Shown piece by piece: positions 49,374 to 57,897 of a stretch of DNA of 64,000 bases (within the stretch, counting starts at the first letter, position 1; each line of letters starts with the position of its first letter). The translations under genes were made by a program, and so were the position numbers. This DNA is from a virus: the IMG/VR virus record IMGVR_UViG_3300037325_000203. One strand, written 5' to 3'. The notes below the pieces were generated by a model. It saw only the letters and a list, made by a program, of their open reading frames with translations. It had not been told where the DNA came from and did not search any database.

Positions 49374-50226
49374 AAATATCTGCAAATTGTTAAGATTCAA
49401 TGTGGTATAGGCTGATGTCTGATAAACTCATCTAGGATTTGAACCTAGCCACCCACCCGTAAGGAAGTATGCATCCATTACATCTATGAGACATTGTCTT
49501 AGTACCGCGGCAACGTAGTTCAACAAAGTCAGAATACAGACCACTGACGATTGCCGTCAATCAGCCTATACCACACTAAATTTAATTGTTGAGTTTGATC
49601 AGCATATCCTCATGACCGAGGAAATCGGGCATGGATTTTTACCAGGGGTACCGCGTCAGCGGGTCTGGTTTTACTCCGATCAAACTCAACAAAATTTTAA
49701 AGATCACCGAAGCACATCCGATCATGTTCTTCGTCTGGGGTTCTGTTTCATCCCCTTGGTATGTGTTTATTATAACATATCCAACAATAAAAGTAAAACT
49801 TATTTTGATCGGAATTTGTTATTTTTAAGAAAATTCACTAAAACATTGACCGAAAGCAGTGCGAAACGGTTGCTGATCGAATCTTCTTAAAAATAACGAA
49901 TTCTGTTTCAATCCCCTTTGTATATGTATATTATAACACAGACCAGAATAAAAGTAAAATCAAACTCGATCCCAGACTTTAAACTGTTCCAGCTCAATCT
50001 GCTGGATTGCGCCTTCAAGCATTTGCAGAGTCGCAGCCGAATCCGATGTGAATGCATCCGTATAAGTGGATTTATCAAGGGCCTGGAGCGCTTCAAGCGC
50101 ATAAATGGCCGAGAGCATCTTGTGCTTCGCACGATCTTTGAGAGATTAAGGTGCGCTGTTCTCTGGTGAGGATATTTGTATTCATAAGTTATTATAACAT
50201 AGACTAGAATAAAAGTAAAGGCTGAC

Positions 50227-50523
50227 TTAATTGTTAAATAATCTTTGAGCTTCAGTGAGAAATAATTTTTGAGCTTCAGTCATGTGTCTGGCTGCACAGA
50301 AGGTCTCGGCAGCTGCTCGACAAACTTCTGGAGTACGTTGGGCGTCATTCAAAAACGCAATGGAGTCACCATGTGTCTTGACCGCTGCTAAGCAAACTTC
50401 TGGAGTACGTTGGGCGTCATTCAAATATGATATGGTAAAGCCACTTCTCTGAACCATAGTTAGACACTCAGCAATAGTAAAAGAACGGGCCCGAGGATGT
50501 GGTTTATTCATAGTGATTCTCAA
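50227..50523 (-). CDS. DUF4116-like repeat protein
   Basis: Two LNDAQRTPEVC.AA repeats. Confidence 0.7.
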   Translation of the reverse strand: MRITMNKPHPRARSFTIAECLTMVQRSGFTISYLNDAQRTPEVCLAAVKTHGDSIAFLNDAQRTPEVCRAAAETFCAARHMTEAQKLFLTEAQRLFNN

Positions 50524-50851
50524 GTTGTTGATCTGTAAAGTTGAATACGTTAGGTTCAGTCATAATAACTCACCTAGACTCAAGAAATTTAGTCGAGGCT
50601 TCTAGATCATCATTCAGTTCATCTACCATCCGTATAGCTTCGTCAAGCAGTGCAAGATATTCCTGCTTAGTACTTGGCTTAATCATAGCGTATGGGTTAA
50701 ATTTTGTAAGAACTTCAATCATAATATCCCTAGGTTAAAATAAAACATAGACTAGTTAGCGCCCTGCGCTCCTATCTTCCATATTATTTACAATTCGTTT
50801 AAGAGTCCACACAAATGAACTCCACAGTTCATTTAATACCTAAACCACCAA

Positions 50852-51433
50852 TCAGCCGAGTTTGGCTAAAATTTCTTCTAGTGTCATACTACCCTGGGCA
50901 AAAAGGCTATCATTGCTGTAAATTGCAGGAACAGCTTCGATGCCTAAAGATTCGACATGGCTTGTAAATAATGCACCATCAATTACAGTAACTTTAATCT
51001 TGGGATTTAAAACGCACATTAAGGCTAGTGCTTCCATTACACTAGTGCCGTTAGGGCATGATTGACTAACATACAAATCAAAGTTATATTCTTGGTTAAT
51101 ATCTTTAATATCCTGAATAAGTTTTTCAGAATACACTGGTGGGTGACCGCCAGTCCACAACATTGTCAGGATCATTGGCGTTAGAAGTTTGCCGATCGGG
51201 AGAGCAGCAAAACGAACACCCGATGTTACTGTTTCCGATTCAATGGTAAATGATGCCAAGCTTTTATTGTGGGTAGATTTTTCTATTGTAACTTTATTAG
51301 ACAAATTAGCAATATCTACTAAGAAGTCAAGGATTTCCGTAGTCGCTTGTGAAGATGCGACCAGCTTAATTGGATAACGGAGCAGTTTTAGATATGTCTT
51401 TAGTTGGGATTTAATAGTAGTATCGAGCATCAT
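50852..51433 (-). CDS. Stand-alone AhpF N-terminal (double thioredoxin) domain
   Basis: MLDTTIKSQLKTYL.., GGHPP, IDGALF, AVP; CxxC reduced to CPNG. Confidence 0.82.
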   Translation of the reverse strand: MMLDTTIKSQLKTYLKLLRYPIKLVASSQATTEILDFLVDIANLSNKVTIEKSTHNKSLASFTIESETVTSGVRFAALPIGKLLTPMILTMLWTGGHPPVYSEKLIQDIKDINQEYNFDLYVSQSCPNGTSVMEALALMCVLNPKIKVTVIDGALFTSHVESLGIEAVPAIYSNDSLFAQGSMTLEEILAKLG

Positions 51434-51509
51434 GTTATTAGAAAATTAATTATAGAGGATAATTTAAACAAATATCTTTCTGATAACTTGGAAACAGTAT
51501 TTAAAATTA

Positions 51510-52382
51510 TAAAGGTCTGAGATTACAACCTTTACTAATGAAACTTCAAGTATTATCAATTAGCCTTGCGAGCTAACCTTCTCTTGACATCCACCCGGTC
51601 TGCTTTCACAGTATCCAAGTATTTCACCAACATCGCCGTTTAGAGTCAGGCATTGGACTTGACATGATATTCTACTCTGTAACTTCATTCCCGTCTGCCT
51701 TGCGAGCAGTTCACAGTCGCTAAACCGTTCCGAACTTCCTGTTACAAACCAACTTTGCCTTGCGAGCTCTGTCAGACTTGGTTACCTTGCGGCCCAAGTA
51801 TTAGATGTTTTTCAAATATCACCGAAGTAGTCTTTGCTTTTTATTTCAATAAACCTTTGAAGCGGATTTGTAGTCCAAATCTACTGTGATGTGCTACTTC
51901 AGTTGCTGAATATCTTGTTAGATACCCAATACAACACACCACGTACCTTTTGCCTTGCGAGCTACTCAGTCGTCTTTCACGATACATGTCATACATACGG
52001 ATTTTACTCCGGTCACGGCGTGCCATATTCCGATCAAACTGCATACAAGCCCTTAGTTGCGACGCTTCGGACAAATATGCTACCCTTTCTCATACCATCT
52101 ACTAAGTTGGTTTGTCGAGAGGTCAGCACCACCTGTTACTCTTTGCTTACTTGCGTTACCCTTGCGGGCGCTTGAGCAAACATTCTTTCCTCGACACTTA
52201 CTTCAATGTTATCTCACCCGGTGTTACCTCAGATAAGTATGCCTTACGGCATTGAGCAGGCTTGCCTAGTATTCCCTTGCAGGCGACGGTATGTAGAAGT
52301 CCCGTCCTTTCCACGTCTCGCGACGCTTGTCATTCGCTGCAGGCTGGGCGAACCATACCTGCAACAGGAGCTAGGCCCCCTT
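51510..52382 (-). ncRNA. Giant structured RNA, GOLLD-like
   Basis: ~870 nt, GC-richer, no credible ORF, repeated GCTCGCAAGGC GNRA hairpins, inside tRNA array. Confidence 0.7.
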
Positions 52383-52670
52383 AATTCTTTATATTGTCGA
52401 ATACACTTGCAGGAATTGAACCTGCCTATCCTGGTTACCAGAACTGTATTCCGCTACATCTGCATGGCCAATGCATTTATGTACTCGACAATATAAAGAT
52501 ATTGTATTTATTTTTAATGAACATATGCTAATTGCTTAACATGTGTCTATTGTATAACTATCTGCACTGTAAGTCAATCTATCCTAACTTGATAGCACAC
52601 GCAGATAAGAATCTAAGTATACTATCTTGCCGGTATCGTTTAACGATGTGGCAGAACAGGTAAAATAATA

Positions 52671-52758
52671 TGGCAGAAAGCTACGGTTCCGACCCGTATC
52701 CGTTTTCACGAACCAACAACTTAGCAGGTTGCGACTAATCCCATTAGTTTAACTTTCT
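52671..52758 (-). tRNA. tRNA-Ser(GCT)
   Basis: GCAAC-CTGCTAA-GTTGT; atypical T loop. Confidence 0.72.
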
Positions 52759-52799
52759 ATATAACTCTGTGGCTACGCCGTCAGTAAAGGCGAATTGCC

Positions 52800-52874
52800 T
52801 GGCAGGGACTGATGGTAACGCTCCATCTCACCTAGTTTCAAAGACTAGTATCTGCTCTTATCGATTTAATCCCT
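52800..52874 (-). tRNA. tRNA-Gln(TTG), divergent
   Basis: CTAGT-CTTTGAA-ACTAG, G73. Confidence 0.65.
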
Positions 52875-52889
52875 AAACTACTTAATTTC

Positions 52890-52962
52890 TGGCACCCCCA
52901 TGTGGAATCGAACCACTAACAGCACAAGGTTGGAATTTGTGTGTAAAGCCATTGCGAGGATA
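52890..52962 (-). pseudogene. Degenerate tRNA
   Basis: T arm and CCA intact; D arm and acceptor poor; anticodon ambiguous. Confidence 0.45.
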
Positions 52963-52965
52963 TAT

Positions 52966-53040
52966 TGGACCCATCTGCAGGAATTGAACCCGCATATCAA
53001 CGTTCGAAGCGTTGCGTATTACCTATTATACGAAAATGGG
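52966..53040 (-). tRNA. tRNA-Arg(TCG)
   Basis: CAACG-CTTCGAA-CGTTG. Confidence 0.78.
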
Positions 53041-53047
53041 TAAATTT

Positions 53048-53123
53048 TGGTGGTGCTGGTCGGAATCGAACCGACGTATTCAATCTTATGAGGATTGCGC
53101 TATAGCCGCTCTGCCACAGCACC
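53048..53123 (-). tRNA. tRNA(CAT) Met or Ile2
   Basis: CAATC-CTCATAA-GATTG. Confidence 0.85.
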
Positions 53124-53128
53124 GCAAA

Positions 53129-53185
53129 CAGAATACCTTTTGTTTTTAAAACCATATTAAAATTTTAATTTGCTGTAGGTAATCT
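53129..53185 (-). ncRNA. Short CAGCAA element
   Basis: AGATTACC-TACAGCAA...GGTATTCT-GT. Confidence 0.6.
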
Positions 53186-53192
53186 TTAAAAT

Positions 53193-53266
53193 TGGTGCTC
53201 CCAGGAAGAATCAAACTTCCAACTACACAATACCAATGTGTTAGTATATCATTTACCTATAGGAGC
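53193..53266 (-). tRNA. tRNA-Thr(GGT)
   Basis: ACACA-TTGGTAT-TGTGT. Confidence 0.7.
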
Positions 53267-53271
53267 ATAAT

Positions 53272-53345
53272 TGGTGCGGGCTAAGGGGATCGAACCCTCA
53301 TCGTAACGTCGGCAACGTAACATTCTGCCATTAAACTAAGCACAC
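53272..53345 (-). tRNA. tRNA-Gly(GCC), mismatched acceptor
   Basis: ACG-TTGCCGA-CGT. Confidence 0.6.
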
Positions 53346-53349
53346 ATAT

Positions 53350-53438
53350 TGGCGGAAGGATGGCGTAATCGAAACCCTGGCCTTTCGGCTCCATCTGTGT
53401 TCAAAACAGAGCTAGCATCCCCGGCTAGACAACCTTCC
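53350..53438 (-). tRNA. tRNA-Ser(TGA)
   Basis: TCTGT-TTTGAAC-ACAGA, long variable arm. Confidence 0.72.
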
Positions 53439-53496
53439 ATTATAAGTCCCATGCCGACCGGGTCGACTAATAGTATGCCGAGGGGGCGGCAAAATT

Positions 53497-53572
53497 TGGT
53501 ACCTTGGACTGGACTCGAACCAGTATCGCTCTCCGTGTAAGGGAGACGTATAACCTCTCTACGCACCAAGGC
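53497..53572 (-). tRNA. tRNA-Val(TAC)
   Basis: TCTCC-CTTACAC-GGAGA. Confidence 0.85.
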
Positions 53573-53656
53573 ATTGTAAAATAAGACTGCTCCATACTAT
53601 CAGGAGTGGAAGTGATACTCTCTTCCGAAGAGAGGAATATTAACACAGTCTAGAAT

Positions 53657-53849
53657 TGGTGGATCGGAGGGGAATCGAACCCCACGAGCGTCCTAGGAAC
53701 ACGCCAGTTCAGCCCATTAGTAGAAACAATGTCTGCATGCTAGGCCCACTATCACCCTCCGCGGGGGTTGTGTGACTTTCTGCTCCTTACATTGTTTCTG
53801 CTGGTGGACTGTACGGGAATCGAACCCGCGTAACTCTCCAGTTCGACCC
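53657..53849 (-). ncRNA. Twin cross-paired Ala-type acceptor/T-arm RNA
   Basis: Two GGGnnGAACTGG..T-arm..CCACCA units whose acceptor strands pair cleanly only in swapped fashion. Confidence 0.62.
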
Positions 53850-53855
53850 AATTGT

Positions 53856-53928
53856 TGGTGGACCGCCTAGGGCGCGACCCTAGTGTAATTCTGCCGAAAA
53901 GTATTAGTTTGCAAGCATTTAGCGGCCC
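53856..53928 (-). ncRNA. tRNA-like RNA with G3-U70 acceptor, no clear anticodon arm
   Basis: GGGCCGC/GCGGTCC-ACCA. Confidence 0.5.
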
Positions 53929-53935
53929 GATATTA

Positions 53936-54301
53936 TTAATTCGATATACCTGTATCACCGACTGTCCACATCATCGGCCCGGCCGGTGTAAAAAATAATC
54001 TAGGTCTTATTGTTACAAATGAGGATAACTTCGCGGCACCTAGTAAACTTGAAGTTATGTCAAGTGCCTTACTTCTAGATAGAATTTTTTTACCACCATA
54101 GTGTGTCTTGGTTAGTATGTCCTCTAGAATCTCTGCGGAATTATCTAGTACTACGCAAGCTGCTTCTTCGGCAGTACTTGCAACGACAGTATACCGTCTT
54201 CCACTAAATTCGTAATACTTTCCTCCATAATAATTATTATGGATTATTATATCCCATGCTTTCCATCCTTTTAGTTTATAAAATGTATCAGATTCTGTCA
54301 T
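53936..54301 (-). CDS. Hypothetical protein
   Basis: Likely start MTESDTFYKL. Confidence 0.6.
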   Translation of the reverse strand: MTESDTFYKLKGWKAWDIIIHNNYYGGKYYEFSGRRYTVVASTAEEAACVVLDNSAEILEDILTKTHYGGKKILSRSKALDITSSLLGAAKLSSFVTIRPRLFFTPAGPMMWTVGDTGISN

Positions 54302-54344
54302 ACCGTATTGTACATACAACACAGTGCATAGTCAACTATAAGAT

Positions 54345-54422
54345 TGGTACCCAAGGCGGGATTCGAACCCGCACTGTTCGGTTTTTGAAACCGCTGTCTC
54401 CTACCAATTGCACTACTTGGGC
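54345..54422 (-). tRNA. tRNA-Leu(CAA), short variable loop
   Basis: CGGT-TTCAAAA-ACCG; paralog of 47317. Confidence 0.85.
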
Positions 54423-54506
54423 ATAAAAGATCTGGTTTCTCGATAATGGTCTTGACACAGTACTATCTCATCTTGCAGGACAAGTAACCATATCAGAAAA
54501 GCAAAA

Positions 54507-54582
54507 TGGACACCCGGGTGAGAATCTAACTCACACAAAACTGTTTTGCAGGCAGCCCCGTTAAACATTCCGGCACCGGGTG
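54507..54582 (-). tRNA. tRNA-Cys(GCA), divergent
   Basis: CTGCAAA loop, U73. Confidence 0.65.
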
Positions 54583-54635
54583 ATTGATGTTGGGCAGACG
54601 CTACGGATACAATCCGTCATCTGTAAACTACTTAG

Positions 54636-54707
54636 GGGTGACCACTGAGAATTGAACTCAGATAAGCGGAATCACAATCCACGACTTTACCATTAAGTTA
54701 TGGCCAC
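54636..54707 (-). tRNA. tRNA-His(GTG)
   Basis: GTGGA-TTGTGAT-TCCGC; flanked by extended stem. Confidence 0.8.
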
Positions 54708-54726
54708 ACCTAAGTAGACTATCATC

Positions 54727-54802
54727 TGGTGCCTCGGGCTGGATTCGAACCAGCTACGCGCAACTTTTCAGGCTGCCGCTCTACCTATTGAGCTACCGAG
54801 GC
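54727..54802 (-). tRNA. tRNA-Phe(GAA)
   Basis: GCAGC-CTGAAAA-GTTGC. Confidence 0.9.
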
Positions 54803-54812
54803 TTATTAAATT

Positions 54813-54888
54813 TGGCGGGCAGTGTACGACTCGAACGCACATTACAAGGATTTGGAATCCCGGAGCTTGCCAATTAGCAGAACTACCC
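54813..54888 (-). tRNA. tRNA-Trp(CCA)
   Basis: GGGA-TTCCAAA-TCCT, G73. Confidence 0.75.
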
Positions 54889-55521
54889 TTTATTTTGTCT
54901 AGGCATGGCGCCTTTCTTCCACCCTAAACTTTCGTAATAAGGTAACTCATTTTTATCAATTCTCTTAGCAATGCTACTATTATTAATTAATGTCTTTCCT
55001 AAATTTGCTCTAGATACTTTTGCAATATGATCCTGCGAACACGTTCTACCAGTTAGTGCTTTAGAGACTTTATTCCTAGTTTCTGCGTTATCTCTCATAG
55101 CATTATTTTTAGATAATTTTAGGCGTTTTTCGGGAGATGTCGCCTGTTTTAGTGCAGACTGACGTATCTTCTCTTTAGTTTCGGCGGAATGAATTCTTCC
55201 AGCAAACGCGCCCACTATGCCCGGATTACCGCCGCTACCACCTATTTTTAAATTATACGATAGCGAATCACTTACTAAGTTTTTATCAACTATATGTTTC
55301 TCCATAATAAACATATCTTGTTTTGTAGGTAATAAATGTAAGATTGTTTTCTTAAAATTTTCTTTTCCGTATTTCTTAATTGCCCGTTTAAGATGTTTTC
55401 CGGACCCCATATAACCGTCGTTTAGATTTAGTGTTTGGTGGCAACCGATATAATATTTTTTATCTAACTGATTAGTAGTTTTGTAAATTATATAGTACAT
55501 TGTACTATATTTATGCAACAC
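54883..55521 (-). CDS. GIY-YIG (Seg-like) homing endonuclease with NUMOD3-like repeats
   Basis: IIYKTTN..YYIG.H..YMGSG..AIKKYG..YNL..GG.GG, HSAETKEKI. Confidence 0.9.
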   Translation of the reverse strand: MLHKYSTMYYIIYKTTNQLDKKYYIGCHQTLNLNDGYMGSGKHLKRAIKKYGKENFKKTILHLLPTKQDMFIMEKHIVDKNLVSDSLSYNLKIGGSGGNPGIVGAFAGRIHSAETKEKIRQSALKQATSPEKRLKLSKNNAMRDNAETRNKVSKALTGRTCSQDHIAKVSRANLGKTLINNSSIAKRIDKNELPYYESLGWKKGAMPRQNKG

Positions 55522-55551
55522 TTATATAATGCCGTTAAATTAAAATGTAAC

Positions 55552-55584
55552 TGAACCGCTCCGCTGCCAATTGCGCCACCGAGA
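55552..55584 (-). pseudogene. tRNA 5'-half remnant
   Basis: TCTCGG-TGGCGCAATTGGCAGCGG then truncated before endonuclease. Confidence 0.5.
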
Positions 55585-55596
55585 TATATTGTTTGT

Positions 55597-55675
55597 TGGC
55601 TCCGGATAAGAGGATCGAACTCTTCTAGCCAGTGATTAACAGTCACGCCCATGCACCTTGCTCGGGTTTTCCGGA
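55597..55675 (-). tRNA. tRNA-Asn(GTT)
   Basis: GTGA-CTGTTAA-TCAC. Confidence 0.85.
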
Positions 55676-55708
55676 ACAGAAATTATCTGATGTAAATACA
55701 TCAATGTT

Positions 55709-55783
55709 TGGTAGGTCCTGGGAGATTCGAACTCACCACTAGTCGCTAATCAGGCAACGAGTCTACCATTAACTTAAGGACCT
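55709..55783 (-). tRNA. tRNA-Ile(GAT)
   Basis: GTTGC-CTGATTA-GCGAC. Confidence 0.78.
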
Positions 55784-56014
55784 AAAATATTTGCGCCCTG
55801 CTTTCCACGGCAGGACGACTTTGGCCTTGCGAGCATTTCTGGGATTGATCACGGGCAATCTCCAAAGACCGAATTTGTTCTTAACGTGGTAAACAAATTA
55901 AAAAACGACTAGTATGCTTAAAGGCTTGTCTAGTTGCCTACTTTAGATTTAATCCAATTAAGTTCGGGATATTGGTATAACGTCCAACAACGAGTGGATT
56001 ACCACTATCGGATC

Positions 56015-56091
56015 TGGAGCGGATAACCAGATTTGAACTGGTACTCTCAGTTTGGAAGACTATTGTGCTAACCGTTGAACACTATACCCGC
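56015..56091 (-). tRNA. tRNA-Gly(TCC)
   Basis: AGT-CTTCCAA-ACT, U73. Confidence 0.82.
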
Positions 56092-56187
56092 ATTATTCGT
56101 GAGTGTATTTTCTAACGCGACACGATCTCAGCCGCGACTTACGAACAAATATACATGTACAAGGTCTATTTGTCTATCTTTTGTTGG

Positions 56188-56306
56188 TGGTAGTGCCCCA
56201 GGGATTCGAACCCCGATCTCGTCCTTAGAATGGAATTGATTTTGGTTGCTGTATGAATCCTATGCAGGATTACTTTCTACGTGTGCTACCATTACACCAG
56301 GGCACT
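56188..56306 (-). tRNA. tRNA-Arg(TCT) with 45-nt CAGCAA-element insertion in anticodon stem
   Basis: Removing 56235-56279 gives CGTCC-ATTCTAA-GGACG in a full cloverleaf. Confidence 0.72.
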
Positions 56307-56311
56307 ATTTC

Positions 56312-56387
56312 TGGTGGGAGTACAGGGATTTGAACCTTGACTTGTCAGATTAAGAGTCTGCTATGCTACCAATAACATCTCACTCCC
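56312..56387 (-). tRNA. tRNA-Lys(CTT)
   Basis: CAGA-CTCTTAA-TCTG. Confidence 0.85.
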
Positions 56388-56420
56388 GAATTATGATATC
56401 CCCGTAGGGAATCGAATTAA

Positions 56421-56495
56421 TGGTACTCCTGAACGGTTTCGATCCGTCTTCTACTGATTGAAGGTCAGTCATCCTAGCCACTAGACGACAGGAGT
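56421..56495 (-). tRNA. tRNA-Glu(TTC)
   Basis: ACTGA-CCTTCAA-TCAGT. Confidence 0.8.
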
Positions 56496-56507
56496 ATTAA
56501 TTTTTGT

Positions 56508-56581
56508 TGGTAGCCAGAGAGGGAATCGAACCCCCGAATTCCGCTTATCAGGCGAGTATTATACCATTTAATTATCCGGCC
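56508..56581 (-). tRNA. tRNA-Ile(GAT)
   Basis: CGC-CTGATAA-GCG. Confidence 0.78.
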
Positions 56582-56590
56582 AAAAAGTTT

Positions 56591-56660
56591 ACACCAGGCC
56601 GGAATCGAACCAGCTTACAGCACCTCTATAATGCTGTGTAATACCAATCTACTACAAGTG
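56591..56660 (-). pseudogene. Degenerate tRNA with 9-nt loop
   Basis: D and T arms visible; CAGCA-TTATAGAGG-TGCTG; no CCA. Confidence 0.45.
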
Positions 56661-56686
56661 CGGGTAAGTAAGTTATCGAGACTTAC

Positions 56687-57331
56687 TTACTTGAAGGTTA
56701 CAGGAATCGGTTGTTTAACTTTTGTCGAAAATACAAAGTCATGCAACTGGTGATGCACTCGTCTATTCATGTCGGGATTATTAAATCCTACACCCATTAA
56801 CAGAACTGGCTCATTTTCCATAGCTAATAGGTTTTGAATTGCAGCACCGTCAAAACAGGCACAGCAACCTGTACTATAGTCCATCATACTAGCTGTAAGG
56901 TTTACATATCCTGCAGCAATGCCTACAGCCATTTCGGTATCTCTGCGTAATGTATCTAGTTGTGATGCCGACGCTGTGTTGTCCAGAATTGCCCTAGTTT
57001 CTTCGTTACGATAGATATCGGTAGATAAGACAGGCACATAATTATTTTTTTCAAAGACGATAACCAAGTTAGCTAAAATTTGACTGTTAGTTTCGGTTTC
57101 GTACTTTTTGCTACGGCTAGCATGGCGTGTGAACTCGTGAATTTGTTCAATTGTTGCCCTGTCCGTAATGAAATAAGCTTTGTAAAAAGCAATATTCTGC
57201 TTGCTAGGGCACTGTGTAACTGCATGCACAAGAAGATCTAAATCCTCTTGTGGAATGCTCTTGCTTAGGTCCCAGTTTCGCTGGCAGTGTTGACTTCTAA
57301 CGATCGCTTTTGATAATACTGAATGGTCCAT
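56687..57331 (-). CDS. Nitroreductase family protein
   Basis: R.WD.SK.IP.E..PSKQN..GIAAG..TGCCACFD..LLMGVG; late motif. Confidence 0.8.
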   Translation of the reverse strand: MDHSVLSKAIVRSQHCQRNWDLSKSIPQEDLDLLVHAVTQCPSKQNIAFYKAYFITDRATIEQIHEFTRHASRSKKYETETNSQILANLVIVFEKNNYVPVLSTDIYRNEETRAILDNTASASQLDTLRRDTEMAVGIAAGYVNLTASMMDYSTGCCACFDGAAIQNLLAMENEPVLLMGVGFNNPDMNRRVHHQLHDFVFSTKVKQPIPVTFK

Positions 57332-57363
57332 GATGGTCTTCTTTTTCAGTTATTTATCATTTT

Positions 57364-57441
57364 TGGTCTGGGTAGAAGGATTTGAACCTTCAGCCTCCGA
57401 GTTCCAAGCCCGGCCGTCTACCTGATTGACAATATACCCAG
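57364..57441 (-). tRNA. tRNA-Pro(TGG)
   Basis: CCGGG-CTTGGAA-CTCGG. Confidence 0.85.
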
Positions 57442-57448
57442 AAAAATT

Positions 57449-57524
57449 TGGTCTCCGTGTAGAGATTCGAACTCTAACCCTACCGCCCCAAACGGCAAGT
57501 GCAACCAGATAACACTTCACAGAG
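57449..57524 (-). tRNA. tRNA-Pro(TGG)
   Basis: TGCCG-TTTGGGG-CGGTA. Confidence 0.82.
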
Positions 57525-57665
57525 ATAGTTTGTAATCACTCTTCCTTCATGCAGTTGACTGTATGAACATGTGTAGTATAGTTCAGAACAGTGTTGATTA
57601 CTAGTGCATGTGATGGACCGGTAGTGCCGAGTCAAAGTCGACTGTATACTTTATGTCCAAAATTT

Positions 57666-57743
57666 TGGTGCTCCCACAAGGAATCGAACCCTGATCAACG
57701 GAATACAAAACCGTTATAATTAAAACCATTATACGATAGGAGC
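57666..57743 (-). tRNA. tRNA-Thr(TGT)
   Basis: ACGG..TTTGTAT..CCGT. Confidence 0.75.
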
Positions 57744-57753
57744 AAATATAATA

Positions 57754-57806
57754 CAGAGTACGCAGTTTTTTTCATGTAAAGAAATTTAAGTTGCAGTAGG
57801 TACTCT
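57754..57806 (-). ncRNA. Short CAGCAA-type element (CTGCAA variant)
   Basis: AGAGTAC-CTACTGCAA...GTACTCT-GT. Confidence 0.6.
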
Positions 57807-57814
57807 TTAAAACT

Positions 57815-57888
57815 TGGCGCGAGATACGAGACTCGAACTCGTTTGTGCTGGTAGACAGCCAACCATAATACCCATATATCAATCCCGC
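57815..57888 (-). tRNA. tRNA-Asp(GTC)
   Basis: GTTGG-CTGTCTA-CCAGC, G73. Confidence 0.8.
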
Positions 57889-57897
57889 GATAATAAA

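Noticed and set aside
51841-52496. ORFs in the GOLLD-like region and those overlapping tRNAs or tmRNA (e.g. 32512, 48500, 53336, 58128)
   Set aside because: No RBS or protein-like motifs; explained by RNA genes.
54883-55584. Group I intron splitting a tRNA
   Set aside because: No room for core P/Q/R/S elements and the downstream tRNA-Trp is complete on its own.
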